Shown here: piece by piece, positions 23,398 through 33,660 of the stretch
Numbering within the stretch: the stretch's first letter is position 1
Layout: every line of letters starts with the position of its first letter
Origin: a virus
IMG/VR virus record: IMGVR_UViG_3300022670_000458
Span: 1-50,051 of that record
Strand: one strand, 5' to 3'
DNA length: 50,051 bases
Made by a program: the position numbers and the translations under genes
The notes under the pieces: generated by a model
Told to the model about the DNA's origin: nothing
Databases searched by the model: none
What the model saw: the letters and a program-made list of their open reading frames with translations, nothing else

Positions 23398-24882
23398 ATG
23401 CCTAACGTAAATTTCAATCGCCTAGATTATGCCGAGATGCTGCCCATTTGGGAACTTATCCGTGTAGCCAATGAAGGTACCGCCGCCATAAAGGCCGAGC
23501 GGGATGTTCTCCTTCCCCGACCAAATCCGACTGATACGAGTCCTGCAAACGTGGCTCGGTACGAGGCGTACATTCTGCGCGCTGTTTTTTACAATGCAAC
23601 ACGACGTACCACCGATGGCCTCGTTGGTCAAGTATTTACACGCCCGGCTGTTATCAAGTTACCACCACGCCTGGAGATCTTAGAAACTGACGCAAACGGT
23701 AGCGGGGTAACACTCGCGCAACTTGGTAAAAGTACCGTCCGGGCCACCATAAACTACGGCCGCGCTGGACTCCTTACGGACTTCCCAGTAACCGACGGCC
23801 AAGCCTCTGTCGCCGACCTGGAGAACGGTAGTATCCAGCCCACAATAAACTTATACGATCCTCAGATGATCATAAACTGGCGTACGCGTAAGCGCGGCGC
23901 AAAACATGTACTGTCTCTTGTTGTTATCCGTGAGGATAAGCTCGACGACGACGATGTTTTCGAAACTGACCTTACACATCAGTGGCGTGTGCTCACGCTT
24001 GAGGATCAGGGCGACTTAGGTCCCGAAGTCTACACCGTCAGGATCTGGACGGACAGTGGGACAGCGGATGATCAGGGTAATAGTTTCGAGTCGGCAGAAC
24101 CTGTGATACCGCTTGACGCCAACGGCGACGTCCTCGACTACATTCCGTTTACATTTGTGGGCGCTGAAGACAACGACGTTGATATCGACCTGGCCCCCAT
24201 GTACGACATTGCCTCATTGAACATCGCACACTACCGTAACAGTGCGGACTACGAAGAAGCGGCCTACATTACTGGTCAACCTACCCCAGTCTTTGCAGGC
24301 CTAGACCGAGCTTGGGCCGAAGAGGTCATGGGTAACGTTGTCGAGCTTGGATCTCGTGCGGCTATTCTGCTACCTGTGGGCGGGACTGCCACGCTTTTAC
24401 AAGCTGAAGAACGTGGTATGACTTTTGAAGCCATGACGCACAAAGAAAAACAAATGCAAACTCTCGGCGCCAAATTGATTCAGCCCCAGGAAGTAGAGCG
24501 TACAGCAACTGATGCCCTTATTGATAAGTCGTCCGAAAACTCAGTGCTGGGGAGCGTGACCGTAAATGTAAACGACGCTATTACGCAGTCCCTAGAATGG
24601 GCTGCCGCGTTCATAGGCGATGATGCTGGTGCGATAGAGTTTGCGCTAAACACAGAGTTTACTACTGTCGGTATGACACCAGAAGAGCGCCGTCAGCTTG
24701 TTCTAGAATGGCAAAGCGGGTTACTGACCGACGACGAAGCGCGTAACGTTTTACGCAAAACAGGTGTGGCGACAGAAGAAAACGACGCAGCTATCCTAAA
24801 GATTGAACAACAACGGGTCAAGCGTCAGGAAGAAGAGGCGGCCCTCCAGGAGCAAAACACAATACCCGCGCCACAAGAATAG
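23398..24882 (+). CDS. Portal protein (494 aa)
   Basis: Size and position directly after terL, with an acidic/helical C-terminus. Confidence 0.75.
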   Translation: MPNVNFNRLDYAEMLPIWELIRVANEGTAAIKAERDVLLPRPNPTDTSPANVARYEAYILRAVFYNATRRTTDGLVGQVFTRPAVIKLPPRLEILETDANGSGVTLAQLGKSTVRATINYGRAGLLTDFPVTDGQASVADLENGSIQPTINLYDPQMIINWRTRKRGAKHVLSLVVIREDKLDDDDVFETDLTHQWRVLTLEDQGDLGPEVYTVRIWTDSGTADDQGNSFESAEPVIPLDANGDVLDYIPFTFVGAEDNDVDIDLAPMYDIASLNIAHYRNSADYEEAAYITGQPTPVFAGLDRAWAEEVMGNVVELGSRAAILLPVGGTATLLQAEERGMTFEAMTHKEKQMQTLGAKLIQPQEVERTATDALIDKSSENSVLGSVTVNVNDAITQSLEWAAAFIGDDAGAIEFALNTEFTTVGMTPEERRQLVLEWQSGLLTDDEARNVLRKTGVATEENDAAILKIEQQRVKRQEEEAALQEQNTIPAPQE

Positions 24883-24905
24883 TCTTGCGGCCATAACTGA
24901 GAGCG

Positions 24906-25667
24906 GTGCTCTCAGAAAAGAAAGGTAGTACCTTGAAGAATTTGACCAAAGAGCAGTACGATGGCTTACCCGAAGGCCTTAAAGAACTTTTTTTGGAAAC
25001 TGACGGCGAGTATGTCAGGATCCCAGCCAAGCCCCCAGAACTTTTACCCGAAAATGATCCGGCCGAGTTACGTCGGGCTAAGGATCGCGAAAAGCAGGCA
25101 CGTAAAGATGCAGAGGCGCAAACCAAAGAGCTCCAAGAAAAACTAGATGCCGTGTCGACTGACGACGCGCGTAAGCGTGGCGACATTGAGACCCTTGAGA
25201 AATCATGGCGCGATAAACTCGATACTCAAAAAGCAGAGTCTGACAGTAAAATGGACGTGGCCCAAAAAAGTATCAATAAGCATTTCAAAGACAAAGTGGC
25301 GTCCGATATAGCGAACGACCTTGCTGTAGATAAAGCTGCTCCGGCTCTCCTACCGCACGTCAAAGCTCGTCTGCGTGTTGAGCAGGACGGCGACGACTAC
25401 GTCACACGCGTGGTGGATGCTAAAGGCGAGCTGTCCGCAATGTCTATTGATGATTTAAAAGAAGAATTTCGTGCAAAAGAAGAATTTGCTACTATCATCA
25501 AAGGCAGTAAAGCTTCTGGCGGCGGTGCCGGCGGAGGTAAGAATAAAGGCGGCGGCGGTGCTGGAACGACCTTATCTGATTTGAAAAAAATGTCGGCAAC
25601 TCAAGAATCAATTTTCGGTAAAGAAAATCCTGAGTTGCACGAAAAACTGCGCTCGCAGATGGCATAA
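24906..25667 (+). CDS. Putative scaffolding protein (253 aa)
   Basis: Highly charged, helical K/E/D-rich sequence with a Gly-rich tract (ASGGGAGGGKNKGGGGAG), between portal and capsid. GTG start is uncertain. Confidence 0.55.
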   Translation: MLSEKKGSTLKNLTKEQYDGLPEGLKELFLETDGEYVRIPAKPPELLPENDPAELRRAKDREKQARKDAEAQTKELQEKLDAVSTDDARKRGDIETLEKSWRDKLDTQKAESDSKMDVAQKSINKHFKDKVASDIANDLAVDKAAPALLPHVKARLRVEQDGDDYVTRVVDAKGELSAMSIDDLKEEFRAKEEFATIIKGSKASGGGAGGGKNKGGGGAGTTLSDLKKMSATQESIFGKENPELHEKLRSQMA

Positions 25668-25701
25668 CATCGCAGCGCTCAATAGATAAGGAAAATCTAA
25701 A

Positions 25702-26709
25702 ATGGCTCAAGTACGTCTCGTAGATATTTACAATCCTCTTACCTTTTCGGCCCGGGCTCAGGAAGCTCAGATCGAATTGAACAAGTTCATCGCGTCTGGC
25801 GTTATGGTCTCTGACCCTGCGCTCGCTACGCAAATCTCCGCTGGTGGTAATCTTGGTGAGATCACCAATTACAATCCGCTCGGGACTGATGAACCCAACT
25901 ACAGTGATGACGTTGCCGGTAACCTGTCTACTCCTGATAAAGTAGATAGCGCCACGATGACGTTTCGCCTTACCAACCAAAACAACAGTTGGTCCACCAT
26001 GGATCTGGCTCGCGATTTGGCTTTGGAAGATCCTGTACAGGCGATCACCAACCGTATCGGTCAGTACTGGGCTACCCAGAACGAACGCCGGTTGATCAAT
26101 TCCGCAATGGGCCTCTTGGCTGATAACATTGCGAACGACGCTGGTGACATGGTTGTTACTGTGGGTACCGATGATGCAGCCGCTATCACCGACGCCGAGC
26201 GTATCAGCGCTGATGTGGTTATCGATGCCAAGCAAACTATGGGCGACCATAAAGACGCTTTGGCCGCGATCGCCATGCATTCCGCGATTTTCGCGCGTCT
26301 CGAAAAGCAGAACCTCATCTCGTTCATTCCTAATGCACGCGGTGAAATTGGTTTCCCTCGCTACCTCGGTATGGTTGTAGTGGTGGACGATTCCTTGCCC
26401 GCCGTTGCTGGTAGTAATCGTATCCTGTACACCTGTATCTTGTTTGGTCCTGGTACTTTCGGATCTGCTATGGGTCGTACGACCACGCCGTCCGAATTGG
26501 ACCGGACGCCAGCCGCTGGTAATGGTGGTGGTCAGGAAACCTTGTTCAGCCGTCGGTCTGACTTGATTCATCCTCTCGGGTTTAGTTTCTTGAGTGGGTC
26601 TATCGCTGGCCAATCCGCCACCCAAGCCGAATTGTTACTGGCTGCCAACTGGAACCGTGTGTGGGATCGTAAGCACGCTGACATCGCGTACTTGCAAGTC
26701 AACGAGTAA
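25702..26709 (+). CDS. Major capsid protein (335 aa)
   Basis: Position, size, a good RBS and a strong terminator immediately downstream. Confidence 0.75.
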   Translation: MAQVRLVDIYNPLTFSARAQEAQIELNKFIASGVMVSDPALATQISAGGNLGEITNYNPLGTDEPNYSDDVAGNLSTPDKVDSATMTFRLTNQNNSWSTMDLARDLALEDPVQAITNRIGQYWATQNERRLINSAMGLLADNIANDAGDMVVTVGTDDAAAITDAERISADVVIDAKQTMGDHKDALAAIAMHSAIFARLEKQNLISFIPNARGEIGFPRYLGMVVVVDDSLPAVAGSNRILYTCILFGPGTFGSAMGRTTTPSELDRTPAAGNGGGQETLFSRRSDLIHPLGFSFLSGSIAGQSATQAELLLAANWNRVWDRKHADIAYLQVNE

Positions 26710-26730
26710 GCCTCTTTTAGAGCAAATTAT

Positions 26731-26764
26731 AGGGACGGGGTTTGGAGCCTCGTCCCTCTTTTGG
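26731..26764 (+). terminator. Rho-independent terminator after the capsid gene
   Basis: AGGGACGGGGTT-TGG-AGCCTCGTCCCT hairpin (about 12 bp including G-U pairs) followed by CTTTTGG. Confidence 0.75.
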
Positions 26765-26798
26765 GTTAAACAAAGAACACTAAACGTAAAGGATAAGC

Positions 26799-27161
26799 AT
26801 GTCTGATCTACAAAAACCCGTCCAAGTCGAAGGCACAACCAACACACCTCTGGCCATTTGTAATATGGTTTCCAAAGGTATGAAGTTAAAAGATGCTCGC
26901 AAAAAATATGCTGAGTCACTTGAAAAACGTGCGATACCTGCTTCGAAGAACGAGGTGCAGCAGCAGCAGGCTTTTGAACTCGACCAACGTCGTTTAGAAC
27001 TTGAAGCTAAAGAAGCTGACCTTGCCGAACGCGAGAAAGCTTTAGGTGCTCCTGTAATCACTGCGGTTGTTGAGACTCCTAAAGTGGACGAGACTCCTAA
27101 GATCACAGAGATCACGCCACCTGCAACTCCACCTGTGCCCGAGAAACCTCCGGTAAAGTAA
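26799..27161 (+). CDS. Hypothetical head-associated protein (120 aa) with coiled coil and a Pro/Thr-rich tail
   Basis: ORF between the capsid and connector genes. Confidence 0.6.
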   Translation: MSDLQKPVQVEGTTNTPLAICNMVSKGMKLKDARKKYAESLEKRAIPASKNEVQQQQAFELDQRRLELEAKEADLAEREKALGAPVITAVVETPKVDETPKITEITPPATPPVPEKPPVK

Positions 27162-27173
27162 GAGTAGCACATA

Positions 27174-27686
27174 GTGGCGCTCATCATTGAAGACGGTACC
27201 GGTGTCGACGACGCTGACTCATACATCACGCTAACCGAGGCAAGATCATACGCCTTGGCACGTGGTGCTGAGTTGAGCGCCGACGATGCCGTCATTACCG
27301 TCCAGATCACCGAAGTTATGGACTACCTGGAGGCGCAACGCTTCCGGTATCAAGGTGTCAAAACACTTCCAGCCAATGCTTTACAATGGCCTCGATTGGG
27401 CGTGCTCATTGATTGCGTTGCAATCGACGACGATGTCATCCCACAGGAATTGAAAGATGTCGAGGCGCAACTTATTATAGATGTGTCGTCAGGTATCACG
27501 CTGAGTCCGAATGTAGCCCCTACGTCCGGCGATATAAAGAAAGAGGTCGTAGGCCCACTTACCACAGAATTCTTTGAGGGCGGGTCGTCTCGAACACAAC
27601 CTACCCTCACTAAAGCGCAAGACTTGCTTGATGTCCTCTTTGGCGCGTGCGGGCCTCCGGCTGCGGCGCGTTCGCTGCGTATCTAA
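27174..27686 (+). CDS. Head-tail connector (gp6-like adaptor) protein (170 aa)
   Basis: GTG start. N-terminus ALIIEDGTGVDDADSYITLTEARSYALARG is typical of gp6-type adaptors. Confidence 0.65.
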   Translation: MALIIEDGTGVDDADSYITLTEARSYALARGAELSADDAVITVQITEVMDYLEAQRFRYQGVKTLPANALQWPRLGVLIDCVAIDDDVIPQELKDVEAQLIIDVSSGITLSPNVAPTSGDIKKEVVGPLTTEFFEGGSSRTQPTLTKAQDLLDVLFGACGPPAAARSLRI

Positions 27687-28060
27687 TGAGCACCGTTTAC
27701 AGTAGCCAGATAACGCAGGCTACGCGGCTCATTGACGCGAAGGGTCAGACGGTTACGTGGCGGCAACTGGTTGATGGCGCAAGCGCTACGCCGTGGAAAC
27801 CGTCAGCAGCAGTGCCCACAGACACCGAAGTAACGATGGCGTTTTTCCCAGAAGATCTACAAGGGTTCCGAGTACAGCAGTATCGTAAAGATGACAGCGT
27901 ACCCACAGGTCTTGAAGTAGCGTACATGGCCCAGCAATCCTTCACCCCGAAAATAAAAGACACCGTCATCCGTGACGGTAAAGAGATGAACGTCTGGTAT
28001 GTCGATACGCTCGCGCCCGACGGTACCGACATTCTCTATACTGTGGGCTTAGAGACATGA
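27686..28060 (+). CDS. Head-tail joining protein (124 aa)
   Basis: ATG 27686 overlaps the upstream stop (TAATG). Call is by position. Confidence 0.6.
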   Translation: MSTVYSSQITQATRLIDAKGQTVTWRQLVDGASATPWKPSAAVPTDTEVTMAFFPEDLQGFRVQQYRKDDSVPTGLEVAYMAQQSFTPKIKDTVIRDGKEMNVWYVDTLAPDGTDILYTVGLET

Positions 28061-28503
28061 CAGCTACGTATCAGGCTGCTATTGACGAGCTTCTCGGCTT
28101 GTTCAACGACGGATGGACTGCTGGTGCCCCGACGATTGTACCGTACGTCCCTGACGTTGTATGGCCGGGTCTCGAACCTGTGGACAATCCGGACCCTAGC
28201 AGGTACTGGGTGCGGGTCACGCAACAAACTGTAAATGAAGAACAAAGTAACTTGAAAGGCGTAGGCGCAAGACGTTATACTATCAACGGAATATTGGTTT
28301 TCCAATTATTCGCGCCAATGTCAGATTCGGAAGGCGTAGAGACAGTACGATCTTTAGCTGTTCTCGCCCGAGATATCTATAGAGGAAAACAAACAACCTT
28401 GAGTACGTGGCTCAGAAATGCGCGCATACTAGAGGTCGGCCCGGATAATAAATGGTATCAAATAAACGTGCTTGTTGATTACGAGCACGACGACATAAGC
28501 TAA
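28057..28503 (+). CDS. Tail completion / neck protein (148 aa)
   Basis: ATGA overlap. Call is by position. Confidence 0.6.
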   Translation: MTATYQAAIDELLGLFNDGWTAGAPTIVPYVPDVVWPGLEPVDNPDPSRYWVRVTQQTVNEEQSNLKGVGARRYTINGILVFQLFAPMSDSEGVETVRSLAVLARDIYRGKQTTLSTWLRNARILEVGPDNKWYQINVLVDYEHDDIS

Positions 28504-28513
28504 GGAGCTACAA

Positions 28514-30073
28514 ATGGCTGGTGCATTGAATAAAATTGACAGTAACGTAAGTGGTCTACGCTACGCGGAAGAAGAGTGTATCGGAAAGCTACAGGAAGAA
28601 GCTCCCGCAGGACCCGGTGCCAGCGTGTGGAAAGCTCTTGAGCCGAACACCTATGCAGACTTCGGCGGCCAAAATGTGCTGAGTGCACGCCGGCCAATCA
28701 ACGACTCACGGCAAGCCTCTAAAGGTGTGGTTGTGGATCTTGATGCCTCTGGCGGGTTCAACCAAGACTTGACCCAGACCAACGCGCAAGACTTGCTCCA
28801 GGGATTCATGTTCGCGGACTTCCGCCCTAAAGATGAGTTCGGTGGAGCGGGTGAAATCACCGGTGTAACAACCGGCCCTGACACATACACCGCAGCCTCT
28901 GGTCTCGACGCCTTTGCTGTGGGCGACCTGATCAACACTTCCGGGTTCACCAACGCAGCCAACAACGGCCTACACGAAGTAACCGCCGTATCCGCCACTG
29001 TTCTTACCGTGGCTGAGACCCTTGTACCTGAAACGCCCGGTGCTGGTGCCAAAATTGTGACGGTCGGTTTTATCGGCGCTGCTGATGATATCGATGTTGA
29101 CGCGACCGGCTCACTGCCCATCCTGTCTTCAACGATCCTCGACTTTACGACCCTCGGACTCACCCCAGGCGAGACCATCTTTATTGGTGGCGACGCGGCC
29201 ATTGAAGCATACGACACTGCGGCCAACAACGGTTTCAAACGTATTCGCTCCATCACTGCAAATACACTGACGTTGGATAAGTCCGACGTGACCATGGTCA
29301 CCGAGGTCAGCGCCGGAAGTAAAACGATCCAACTCTTCTTTGGCCGTGTTTTGAAAAACGAACTTAGCGCTGACATCGTACGTCGGTCATACAATCTGGA
29401 ACGTACCTTAGGTGCACCCGATCCTGACCAACCGTCTGAAATTCAGGCCGAGTATCTCGAAGGCGCTGTAGGTAGTGAGTTCACTTTGAACGCGCCCACA
29501 GCAGAAAAGCTTACGGTCGACATGTCGTTTGTGGCGACCGATCACACGAACATCGACGGTCCGACTTCTTTGAAAGCCGGTACCCGGCCAGTGTTGCAGG
29601 GCACCGATGCATTCAATACCAGCTCCGACTTTGCTCGGGCTAAGTTGGCGATCGTTACGCCAGGCGTTGAGGCCCCCGCATCTCTTGTGGGCTTCCTGAC
29701 TGACCTGACCTTAACCATCAACAATAATCTGACGGCGAATAAGGCGATTGCTACGACCGGGGCCTTTGATATCACGGCCGGACTTTTCGGCGTCGCTGGA
29801 TCTGTTACAGCATACTTCTCAAGCGTTAGCGCTGTTGAAGCTGTCCGTGCTAATTCGGGTGTAACCCTGGACTTTGCTTTGGTCAAAGACAACAAAGGTA
29901 TCGTCATTGACGTTCCTTTGATCGCCTTGGGCGACGCGCGTTTGAGTGTTGAGATAGATCAACCTATCACAATGCCTCTGACGATCGAAGCTGCTCGTGG
30001 CGGGTCTATCGATACGGCCCTCGACCATACGCTTATGTTTGTATTTTTCGATTATCTTCCAGACGCTGCATAA
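28514..30073 (+). CDS. Major tail (tube) protein (519 aa)
   Basis: Lies immediately upstream of the chaperone pair and tape measure. A strong terminator overlaps its stop. Confidence 0.65.
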   Translation: MAGALNKIDSNVSGLRYAEEECIGKLQEEAPAGPGASVWKALEPNTYADFGGQNVLSARRPINDSRQASKGVVVDLDASGGFNQDLTQTNAQDLLQGFMFADFRPKDEFGGAGEITGVTTGPDTYTAASGLDAFAVGDLINTSGFTNAANNGLHEVTAVSATVLTVAETLVPETPGAGAKIVTVGFIGAADDIDVDATGSLPILSSTILDFTTLGLTPGETIFIGGDAAIEAYDTAANNGFKRIRSITANTLTLDKSDVTMVTEVSAGSKTIQLFFGRVLKNELSADIVRRSYNLERTLGAPDPDQPSEIQAEYLEGAVGSEFTLNAPTAEKLTVDMSFVATDHTNIDGPTSLKAGTRPVLQGTDAFNTSSDFARAKLAIVTPGVEAPASLVGFLTDLTLTINNNLTANKAIATTGAFDITAGLFGVAGSVTAYFSSVSAVEAVRANSGVTLDFALVKDNKGIVIDVPLIALGDARLSVEIDQPITMPLTIEAARGGSIDTALDHTLMFVFFDYLPDAA

Positions 30074-30086
30074 GCGTCTGGTTTTC
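30059..30086 (+). terminator. Rho-independent terminator after the major tail gene
   Basis: CCAGACGC-tgcataa-GCGTCTGG followed by TTTTC. The stop codon lies in the loop. Confidence 0.75.
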
Positions 30087-30109
30087 ACACTCTAAAGGAA
30101 GGCAGTAGT

Positions 30110-30541
30110 ATGAGCATGTTTAAAGCGTTCAAGACGAACGAGTCACGCGAGATGGAAGGTATCAAACTTGATTACGGAACATTTCGTGTCCACATCCGAC
30201 GCGCTGGTGGCGCCAATAAGAAGTTTGCTAAGACTCTCGAACGAAAAACCAAACCACTGCGCCGCGTTATCGAGAACGAACAACTCCCCGATAATGTAGC
30301 TGACCGTGTCATGATTGAGTCGTACGCCGAGTCTGTTGTTATCGGATGGGAGACGCAGGTTGACGGCGAGTTCCAGTCCAATGTCATTGAAGCCGAAGAC
30401 GGTTCGACCATGGAATACTCTACGGAAAATGTTATCAAGACGTTCGAAGCTCTTCCCGAGCTGTTTGCGGATGTCAGGTCTCAAGCCGACAAGTACGGGT
30501 TGTTCACTGATAAGGACCGTGAGGAAGACTCAAAAAACTAG
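30110..30541 (+). CDS. Tail assembly chaperone (gpG analogue, 143 aa)
   Basis: CTAAAGGAAGG RBS. Lies before the tape measure. Ends just after the slippery heptamer. Confidence 0.75.
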   Translation: MSMFKAFKTNESREMEGIKLDYGTFRVHIRRAGGANKKFAKTLERKTKPLRRVIENEQLPDNVADRVMIESYAESVVIGWETQVDGEFQSNVIEAEDGSTMEYSTENVIKTFEALPELFADVRSQADKYGLFTDKDREEDSKN

Positions 30542-30861
30542 TAGCGGTCTTGAATTACCATCAGGTTCAAGGCCTTGTTGAGAAGACGATCATCCATACC
30601 TGTATGAAATCAGGTATGCCCTTACCGGCGCGTATTGCTGAAGCGCCGGTCATGCTCATAGGTCTAGGCCTTTTTTGGGAAGCCTTTTGGGATCTCATGA
30701 ATAGCCGACCTGTGGGCATGGCTCTGGGCCATATCCCATGGACGGCTGTCAATGAATATGCCAACGTTATGGAAATAGTAGGTGACCAACGCCTAGACCT
30801 GTACTATCATGTAAGGAAGCTCGATGAGGCTTATTTAGTTCACGCCAACAAGGAAAAATAA
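30110..30861 (+). CDS. Tail assembly chaperone -1 frameshift fusion (gpGT analogue)
   Basis: The -1 frame is open from the slip site through ORF 30550-30861, which has no ATG of its own. Confidence 0.65.
30532..30538 (+). promoter_or_regulatory. -1 programmed ribosomal frameshift heptamer A_AAA_AAC
   Basis: Zero-frame codons TCA AAA AAC TAG, so the heptamer is in correct X_XXY_YYZ phase one codon before the G stop. Confidence 0.65.
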
Positions 30862-31316
30862 TGGCTACACTTACGACGTTTTCAACACGCATAAATACCA
30901 TCGTCGTAGGTATGAACCGGAACATTGATAAGACCGTCAAAGACGCGGCCTCAACTGTGCTACGATCGATGGTTGACCGGATCCCTATTGATACAGGTGC
31001 GGCTAAATCAAATACCCAGGTCAGCCTTGGTACCCCTATCCTCACGACTCGTGCAGCTCACGCCCCCGGTGTAAAACGAAGCACCGAGCAACAGAACATC
31101 TCGGCAGCCATCAATGCTGGACAACGGCGTATCAACTCTCGCCGTAAGGAAGCCATCTTTATCACCAACAATATTCCGTATATCGGTAAGCTCAATCGTG
31201 GTACGTCGACGCAGAGCCCAGGACTTTTTGCAGAAGTAGCGGTCGTTCTAGGGCTCTTGTCTGTGAAGCGTGCCCGCGTCTTGCGTCGTTCGACCATAGG
31301 AGCTTTACGTGGCTAG
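30861..31316 (+). CDS. HK97 gp10-like tail component (151 aa)
   Basis: Pattern TVKDAASTVLRSMVDRIPIDTGAAKSN resembles the gp10-family P.DTG.L..S motif. Confidence 0.55.
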   Translation: MATLTTFSTRINTIVVGMNRNIDKTVKDAASTVLRSMVDRIPIDTGAAKSNTQVSLGTPILTTRAAHAPGVKRSTEQQNISAAINAGQRRINSRRKEAIFITNNIPYIGKLNRGTSTQSPGLFAEVAVVLGLLSVKRARVLRRSTIGALRG

Positions 31317-33660
31317 AGAAGAAATTGTTATTGTCGTCCGAGAGATCGGAGCCGATCGTACAGGTAGGAAAATACGCGGTGTCGGTAGTTCAGCTACACG
31401 GGCGTCGAAGGGCGTACGTCTTCTAAAGAGAGAGCTTGCCGCTTTAGGGGGCCTATTGGCTGTCCGCGAACTTACGCGTCTGAGCGATGCCTTTACGAAC
31501 ATGCAGAACCGTTTACGTCTCGTAACGCGGGGCACAAAGAGTCTAAACGATGTAACCGAAGAGCTTTTCAATATCGCCAATAGAACGCGTAGCAGTTTCG
31601 AAGCGACCGCCGATCTTTATGCCCGTGTGGCTTTGGCGGCCCGTGAACTGGGTCGAAGCCAACAAGAGCTTTTAGAATTTACCGAAAGTGTGAACCAGGC
31701 CATCATCTTATCCGGTGCGAGCGCTCAAGAGGCCTCGGCCGGGTTGATTCAGCTGGCTCAGGGTCTGGCGTCGAACCGTTTGAGCGGTGACGAGCTGCGA
31801 TCGGTGCTGGAACAATTACCGTTGATCGCTGATGTGATCGCCAAGCAATTGGGTGTAACGCGTGGTGAGCTTCGTAAACTGGGTGAGCAAGGCCAATTGA
31901 CAGCCGACATTATCTTGGACTCATTCAAGAGCAGTCGCCTAGAGCTCGAACAAAGGTTCGGGAAAACAGTTGCTACGATTGCGCAGAACTTCCAAGTCTT
32001 TAGGAATAACCTAATCAAAGCCGTCCAAGAGGTCGATAATCTTACCGGCATATTCACATTACTGTCTATGACCATAAAATTCGTAGCCACAAACCTTGTA
32101 CTATTGACGCGTCTCATCGTCATCGGGACCGCAGCCTGGATTGCGTATAGGTTGTCTTTAATAAGGACAGCGGCTGTCATGGGTCCTTTAAGTAAACTTG
32201 CGCAAGCCTTGAGCTTTAGTTACGCTGTTTTGACGACGAGCACTGTGGCCGCCACAGCGTCGCAGCAGAAACTGAAGGTAGCCTTACTCGCCGTGCAGCG
32301 TGCTTTCCCGCTGCTCTTGTTGGTAGCCTTTATCGTATCGCTTGTAGCTTTTCGCAATGAAATCACGCTCACTGAAGATGGTGTCGTTTCGTTGAATGAT
32401 CTTATGACTGAGATCGGTATCACGATCGCAGACGTAGCCAACGACTTTAGAAACTTCCTAATAGTCCTGGCCGATCAATCAGGTTTTGATGCGCTTGTGG
32501 TGGTACTTAGTACGCTCAAGTTCAGCTTCTTTGATTTACTACTGACCGTCGCATCGTTCTTCGATGCTATTATTTTGGCAGGGCGTGGCGTCGGATCAAT
32601 TTTTGTTATCATATTCAAAAACATTGAGGACACCATAACGCTCGCATTTGCCGTATCTATAAATAAAGCTATCAAGGGCTTTGCCAAACTGGTTGAAGTA
32701 TCGATACGTGTCCAAAACAAAATACGCTCATTCACTGGGCAGGATCCTCTGGACTTCGGTATCGTGGAGACCATCAAACAGAATCAATTAGAAGTCCCCA
32801 AACGTATCGATGATCTCGGTACAGCGATCGCAGAGGCATGGACGCGCCAGACTAAAAAGATCGGCCCCACAGCACAAGCGGTAATCGATATCTTCCAGCG
32901 TATCCGAGATAAGATATCGCTTAGGAACGCTGAAGATCCCGGCGGCGCCAGTGCTGGCGACAGCATCAGTGAGTTTACTAAAGGTTTGAAGCAAGGTCTT
33001 GGCGAAGTTGAGAACAGCTTCATCGCGACCACCAAAAACGTTTCGAGCCTTGTTGTGGGATTGTTCAACGACATGTCCGATGCCCTATCCGATTTCGTGC
33101 TCAATGGTAAGTTCAATTTCAAAAGCTTTGCGGACTCTGTTGTAAAAGACATCACCCGCATCATCGTTCAACAGCAAATACTCGGCCCTCTGGCTAAAGG
33201 TTTTGGCGGATTGTTTGGCGGTGCTGGCGGCGGTACTGAAGCACCGTTATCTCTTGACGAGGTTGTACCACTAGCAGGCGGCGGTCTTGTCGGCGGTATA
33301 GGTACCGGCACCTCGGACAGTAACCTAGCGGCATTGAGCCGTGGTGAATTTGTTGTGAACGCTTCCGACACCAATAAAAACTTAGCCGTGCTGAAGGCCA
33401 TCAACGCCGGATCTACAGTAGCAAGTGCTGCACCGTCTCGGGCGGCTGCGCCTACACGATCTGCTGGCGGTACAAGTGGTCCTGCGATATTCGCGCCAGT
33501 CATCAACGTGTCTGTAGAAAGCAGTGGAGAAGACAGCAGCGAAGCACAAGGTGACGCGATCGGCCGCGCTATAAATATAGCTTTGAGAAAGCAGTACGTA
33601 CTCTTGACGCAAGAACAACAACGTAACGGCGGTATGTTGAATCCGCAAACGAGTTTCTAA
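31309..33660 (+). CDS. Tape measure protein (783 aa)
   Basis: Long helical ORF with central hydrophobic segments and a Gly-rich C-terminal part. Canonical position. Confidence 0.9.
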   Translation: MAREEIVIVVREIGADRTGRKIRGVGSSATRASKGVRLLKRELAALGGLLAVRELTRLSDAFTNMQNRLRLVTRGTKSLNDVTEELFNIANRTRSSFEATADLYARVALAARELGRSQQELLEFTESVNQAIILSGASAQEASAGLIQLAQGLASNRLSGDELRSVLEQLPLIADVIAKQLGVTRGELRKLGEQGQLTADIILDSFKSSRLELEQRFGKTVATIAQNFQVFRNNLIKAVQEVDNLTGIFTLLSMTIKFVATNLVLLTRLIVIGTAAWIAYRLSLIRTAAVMGPLSKLAQALSFSYAVLTTSTVAATASQQKLKVALLAVQRAFPLLLLVAFIVSLVAFRNEITLTEDGVVSLNDLMTEIGITIADVANDFRNFLIVLADQSGFDALVVVLSTLKFSFFDLLLTVASFFDAIILAGRGVGSIFVIIFKNIEDTITLAFAVSINKAIKGFAKLVEVSIRVQNKIRSFTGQDPLDFGIVETIKQNQLEVPKRIDDLGTAIAEAWTRQTKKIGPTAQAVIDIFQRIRDKISLRNAEDPGGASAGDSISEFTKGLKQGLGEVENSFIATTKNVSSLVVGLFNDMSDALSDFVLNGKFNFKSFADSVVKDITRIIVQQQILGPLAKGFGGLFGGAGGGTEAPLSLDEVVPLAGGGLVGGIGTGTSDSNLAALSRGEFVVNASDTNKNLAVLKAINAGSTVASAAPSRAAAPTRSAGGTSGPAIFAPVINVSVESSGEDSSEAQGDAIGRAINIALRKQYVLLTQEQQRNGGMLNPQTSF

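Noticed and set aside
25498-26625. 375-aa minus-strand ORF opposite the capsid gene. Similar long antisense ORFs lie at 13028-13744, 16570-17109, 28651-29394, 37628-38497 and 44142-44804
   Set aside because: They are shadow frames of well-supported genes. They have no RBS, an Arg/Ser/Gly/Thr-rich composition typical of antisense translation, and no room in the operon structure.
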